Source of the DNA: a virus
Taxonomy: Duplodnaviria; Caudoviricetes
DNA: 29,801 bases
IMG/VR virus record: IMGVR_UViG_3300020460_000042
Coordinates: 1-29,801 of that record
Strand: one strand, 5' to 3'
The notes under the pieces were generated by a model. The model had not been told where the DNA came from and made no database searches. It was given only the letters and a program-made list of their open reading frames with translations. Positions within the stretch are counted from its first letter, which is position 1. Every line of letters begins with the position of its first letter. This document shows, one piece after another, positions 26,839-29,801 of this stretch. A program made the translations under genes and the position numbers.

Positions 26839-27113
26839 GTGAAACCCCGTGGAAACTTCGCCGGGATTCGCCGCCGGTGGTCATTCTCAATCTCCTCAAG
26901 CCGCTCTTTCGGCAGGCAGGCCACACGCGCAACCATAGGGGTGCCCTCAAAATGGTCAGAATACTGACCCTGCAACTCCTCAACCCTGGCGCTGCATTCC
27001 TCCTCGCTCTGATACCACCGCTCTGGCTGTTCCACCATCACGTTGCAGTTCACAAAACGTGGGCCTTGGGGCGTCATCACCGCCAAGCACACGGCCATTA
27101 GAATCTTGAACAT
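26835..27113 (-). CDS. Small Cys-containing protein with a hydrophobic N-terminus, 92 aa
   Basis: MFKILMAVCL...C...YQSEEEC...C pattern. Confidence 0.65.
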   Translation of the reverse strand: MFKILMAVCLAVMTPQGPRFVNCNVMVEQPERWYQSEEECSARVEELQGQYSDHFEGTPMVARVACLPKERLEEIENDHRRRIPAKFPRGFT

Positions 27114-27226
27114 GTCGGCACCACCCAGCTGCGAAGCTTTGTGTGAAAGCAGCGAACGGGTCGGAGTGACATTCGGCAGCCCTTCCCCCTATTCAGAAGG
27201 GTCAACCGGTGAGGACGACCCGTCCG

Positions 27227-27616
27227 CTACTGCAGAAACCCTAGCACAGGTGATTCAGCTGCACCAACGCTCTCCGCTTCAGCGCCCCTCATGATGGCGA
27301 GCAGTTTGGTGGCCAGCACCAGTTTGTCGCTGTTCGGGCCCTTTAAAGGCTCGCCATCGGCGCCGGCTATCTCGACCGCCTTGAGGTCCGGCAACACCTT
27401 GGACAACAGCCTCAGCTGAATGTCCATCACCTTGCCGAGCGCGGCTGTGCGGTCCTTTGACAACGGCACCCAGGTCACTTGCTTTGTGGCCGGGTCGGTC
27501 ACGGGCTCCCAGCCTGAGAGCAGCACCTGTGTGCAGTGTTCGATGCGGCTCAGTATCCGCTCACCATCTACACGTTCTCTGAGTGCCTCACGCACCCTGG
27601 TTGCTGCGCTGTTCAT
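27227..27616 (-). CDS. terS: Probable terminase small subunit
   Basis: LLSKVLPDLKAVEIAGADGEPL motif; strong SD AAAGGAG; first gene of the packaging block. Confidence 0.72.
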   Translation of the reverse strand: MNSAATRVREALRERVDGERILSRIEHCTQVLLSGWEPVTDPATKQVTWVPLSKDRTAALGKVMDIQLRLLSKVLPDLKAVEIAGADGEPLKGPNSDKLVLATKLLAIMRGAEAESVGAAESPVLGFLQ

Positions 27617-27634
27617 CTAATCTCCTTTGAATCA

Positions 27635-27814
27635 GGGTGAAGTCACGAAGTCACGACTTCACCATTGCGCCGTAAGGAATTCTCGGTCACAAAACACACA
27701 CCGAAAACTCTCTCACACCAATTTCCCATTTTACGTGACTTCGTGACTTCACCCGGTGCATCACATTGATTGCCCTGAAGAAAAGCGAAGTCATGAGCCA
27801 CAGCGCTCATGACT
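27635..27814. repeat. 21-bp inverted repeat and GAAGTCA iterations, candidate replication origin/regulatory site
   Basis: GGGTGAAGTCACGAAGTCACG (27635-27655) and its exact reverse complement (27734-27754); hairpin AGTCATGAGC-N6-GCTCATGACT (27789-27814). Confidence 0.8.
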
Positions 27815-27846
27815 GCAGAGCCACTTTGGTGACTGCACTTCTCCTC

Positions 27847-29801
27847 TCACGAGAGGAGAAGCCAGTCCCGCGATTCTCTTAGCCCCCACTCCTCCACATT
27901 CCGCAGGGCAACAAGCCTCACCTTGTTGGGTTGCCTCGCTCCCGCTCTCGGAGGATTCACCCTCCGGTGCGGCATCGCCAGCTGGTCAAGAGCGGACAGC
28001 AGCCTGCGTTCAGTCATCGGCCTACCGCGCACATCCTCTCCCGCGAGAATCAGGTCCTCCCGCACCCTCGCTAGCAACTCACGCACATCCACCACATCCG
28101 GCAGCTGGGCGGTCTCCACCACCCTCAGAACCGACCGCGCAGCGTCCGTCAGACTCGACTCCATCACCTCCGCCTTCCACGCGGTCACCGGTGGTGGCGC
28201 CTTCGGATTGAACTCGCTCACGTCGAAACCGTACAGGAAGCCGGCCACAGCCTGAGCCCCGGTGTGGCCGCCCAGGTTCGTCTGTGGCTCCTCAAGCCAC
28301 CGCCACATAGCAGCAGCTGTCTCCTCCCGCATGCGCCGCCCAGGCGCCCACAGCATCGCACACCGTCTATCGTCCTGCTCCAGCACCATCGCGTTCCGGT
28401 GGTTGGTCATCGCCAGCACCTGAACGATGTTGGGTATCTCAATCGCGTTCATGTTCTTGAGAACAATCGACAGCCGCATGGGAGGCGCCGCGCCGTAGGG
28501 CTTCAGGTTGTTGTAGACCACGCTCGCGCGTGCCCTGTCCCAATCGCTGCTGGCCAACTCCTCAATCTCCAGCACCTTCGCGTGCTGGACATCGGGGTCG
28601 AAGTTGCTGTCTAGCACGTTCTGCCGCACCGACTTGATGTTGTCGCTCCCCAGGGCCGCGTAGACGGGCTGCAGGGCGAACCCCTTGCCACTGCCCTGGT
28701 TCCCGCCCAGGACCAGCATGTGGTTGATTTTCTGCTCCGGGAACTGGACCATGTGGGCCAGATAGGAGATGAGGTGCAGACGCTCCACCTCGGGCAGCCT
28801 GAGCCCGTCACGCAGATGCAGCAGCCAGGGCTTGATGTCGGACGCGGTCGCGTCCAGCTTCGGGTTCAGGCCACGCACAGGCGCCCAGGTGTTCAGCCTC
28901 GGCTCACCGGTGGTGGTGTCGCGCGGGAAGCGCCAGCCGCCCATCGTACGGTCGGCCTCATCGAACAGCGGGCTGTGTGGATTGATGGGCAGGTAGGTCA
29001 TCTGCGACACGCGCGGCATCAGACCGTCGTTGATGAACCGCTCGCGAGCCTCAGTGCCGTGCATGTTGCCGAAGGCTGTGGGCGTCAGGAAGCAATGCTC
29101 CACGCTATCCCAAACCCTGTCCTGGCGCGCCACGTAGACATAGCGTGCGGCGAGTCCCTTGCCCTGCTGCGCCTCCCGCCTCGCCTGCTCCTGCTCCGCG
29201 TCATGGCCCTGGCGCACACGCTTCAGTGTGTTACGAAGTGGCACCAGTTTCATGCCCACAGCCTGCGCGAGGGCGCCCAGCACGAGGTCCTCCTCGTGCG
29301 GCATCAGCGACATGATGGCGATGTTGCTAAGCGCCGCGTTGACCTTGTCGTACTGGCCCGGCAGCAGGCCCTGCACGTGCGCCATCGCTGCTTTAAAGGG
29401 GTCAACCTCAACCGCAGCCTCCTGCGGCTGTACCACGGGAAGCGGAACAGAGGCCCCGCTTTGTTCCGTTTGTGGCATCTCGGTGTGGTACGCCACCCCA
29501 GTGTCCGCGAACGGGTTCAGCGGGGTGCAGGGCATCACTGCGTAGGCCCAGAGCCACTGCGCCGCGCTGTCGCCTCCCTCTGGCCGCCTGCTATCCGCCA
29601 TCGCCACATCCATGCACCAGGGGTTGTCCACCATCGCCTGCAGCACGCACTGCGGCGGCAGCTTCATGTGGTGCAGCGCTGTGGCGACACCATAGATAGC
29701 CTCCGACCGGGTGTCGTACTCCCCAAGGTCGCCATCGAACCAGAATGGCTGGACCTTGGGCGGCAGCCTCAACTCGACCCAGAAAGGTGGGTTGAACTGC
29801 G
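27847..29801 (-). CDS. Primase-helicase with C-terminal SF3 ATPase (DUF5906-like), 5' truncated
   Basis: KINHMLVLGGNQGSGKG Walker A, LEIEE Walker B, MTNH motif C and DDRR Arg finger; TRSEA primase-C-like helix. The frame is open to the window end. Confidence 0.85.
   Translation of the reverse strand, partial: QFNPPFWVELRLPPKVQPFWFDGDLGEYDTRSEAIYGVATALHHMKLPPQCVLQAMVDNPWCMDVAMADSRRPEGGDSAAQWLWAYAVMPCTPLNPFADTGVAYHTEMPQTEQSGASVPLPVVQPQEAAVEVDPFKAAMAHVQGLLPGQYDKVNAALSNIAIMSLMPHEEDLVLGALAQAVGMKLVPLRNTLKRVRQGHDAEQEQARREAQQGKGLAARYVYVARQDRVWDSVEHCFLTPTAFGNMHGTEARERFINDGLMPRVSQMTYLPINPHSPLFDEADRTMGGWRFPRDTTTGEPRLNTWAPVRGLNPKLDATASDIKPWLLHLRDGLRLPEVERLHLISYLAHMVQFPEQKINHMLVLGGNQGSGKGFALQPVYAALGSDNIKSVRQNVLDSNFDPDVQHAKVLEIEELASSDWDRARASVVYNNLKPYGAAPPMRLSIVLKNMNAIEIPNIVQVLAMTNHRNAMVLEQDDRRCAMLWAPGRRMREETAAAMWRWLEEPQTNLGGHTGAQAVAGFLYGFDVSEFNPKAPPPVTAWKAEVMESSLTDAARSVLRVVETAQLPDVVDVRELLARVREDLILAGEDVRGRPMTERRLLSALDQLAMPHRRVNPPRAGARQPNKVRLVALRNVEEWGLRESRDWLLLS

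Larger units (their letters stand above)
998..29398. repeat. Dispersed 8-bp palindrome CTTTAAAG (often GCTTTAAAG or CTTTAAAGC)
   Basis: Copies start at 998, 2199, 5803, 8790, 10888, 11693, 14849, 16132, 17238, 18484, 19645, 21817, 23430, 23876, 24916, 25991, 27341 and 29391. Near copies GTTTAAAGC at 19138 and 21370. Counted by eye. Confidence 0.92.

Noticed and set aside
26175-27101. 308-aa + strand ORF
   Set aside because: Antisense to three coupled - strand genes with better coding signals.
1-29801. CRISPR array, tRNA, integrase, or stop-codon reassignment
   Set aside because: Motif spacing is irregular and kb-scale; no cloverleaf or recombinase was recognised; genes tile densely in the standard code using all three stops.

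Overview
About 30 kb of a GC-rich tailed dsDNA phage (or prophage) with a podovirus-type virion module and marine-phage-like tail proteins; both ends are truncated. A + strand block (1-3828) encodes a family A DNA polymerase C-terminus, a VRR-NUC nuclease, an SNF2 helicase, a TIGR02594-like endolysin and a lipoprotein. It converges on a long - strand block: primase/SF3 helicase, repeat-rich spacer, small terminase, four accessory genes, large terminase, portal, scaffold, major capsid, tail/adaptor genes and three ejection-type proteins. The most unusual signal is a dispersed palindrome, CTTTAAAG, found by eye 18 times plus 2 near copies, against roughly 0.2 expected at about 60% GC. It is written into genes with disfavoured codons and placed at ribosome-binding sites of several virion genes, which suggests an undescribed genome-wide marking system. 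Other points are unannotated micro-ORFs (a Lys-Pro peptide and a four-repeat DnaJ-type zinc finger), an Rmf/CrpP-like protein, a divergent promoter inside the head module, and an ori-like inverted repeat. Product calls rest on motif recognition and synteny; no database searches were run.
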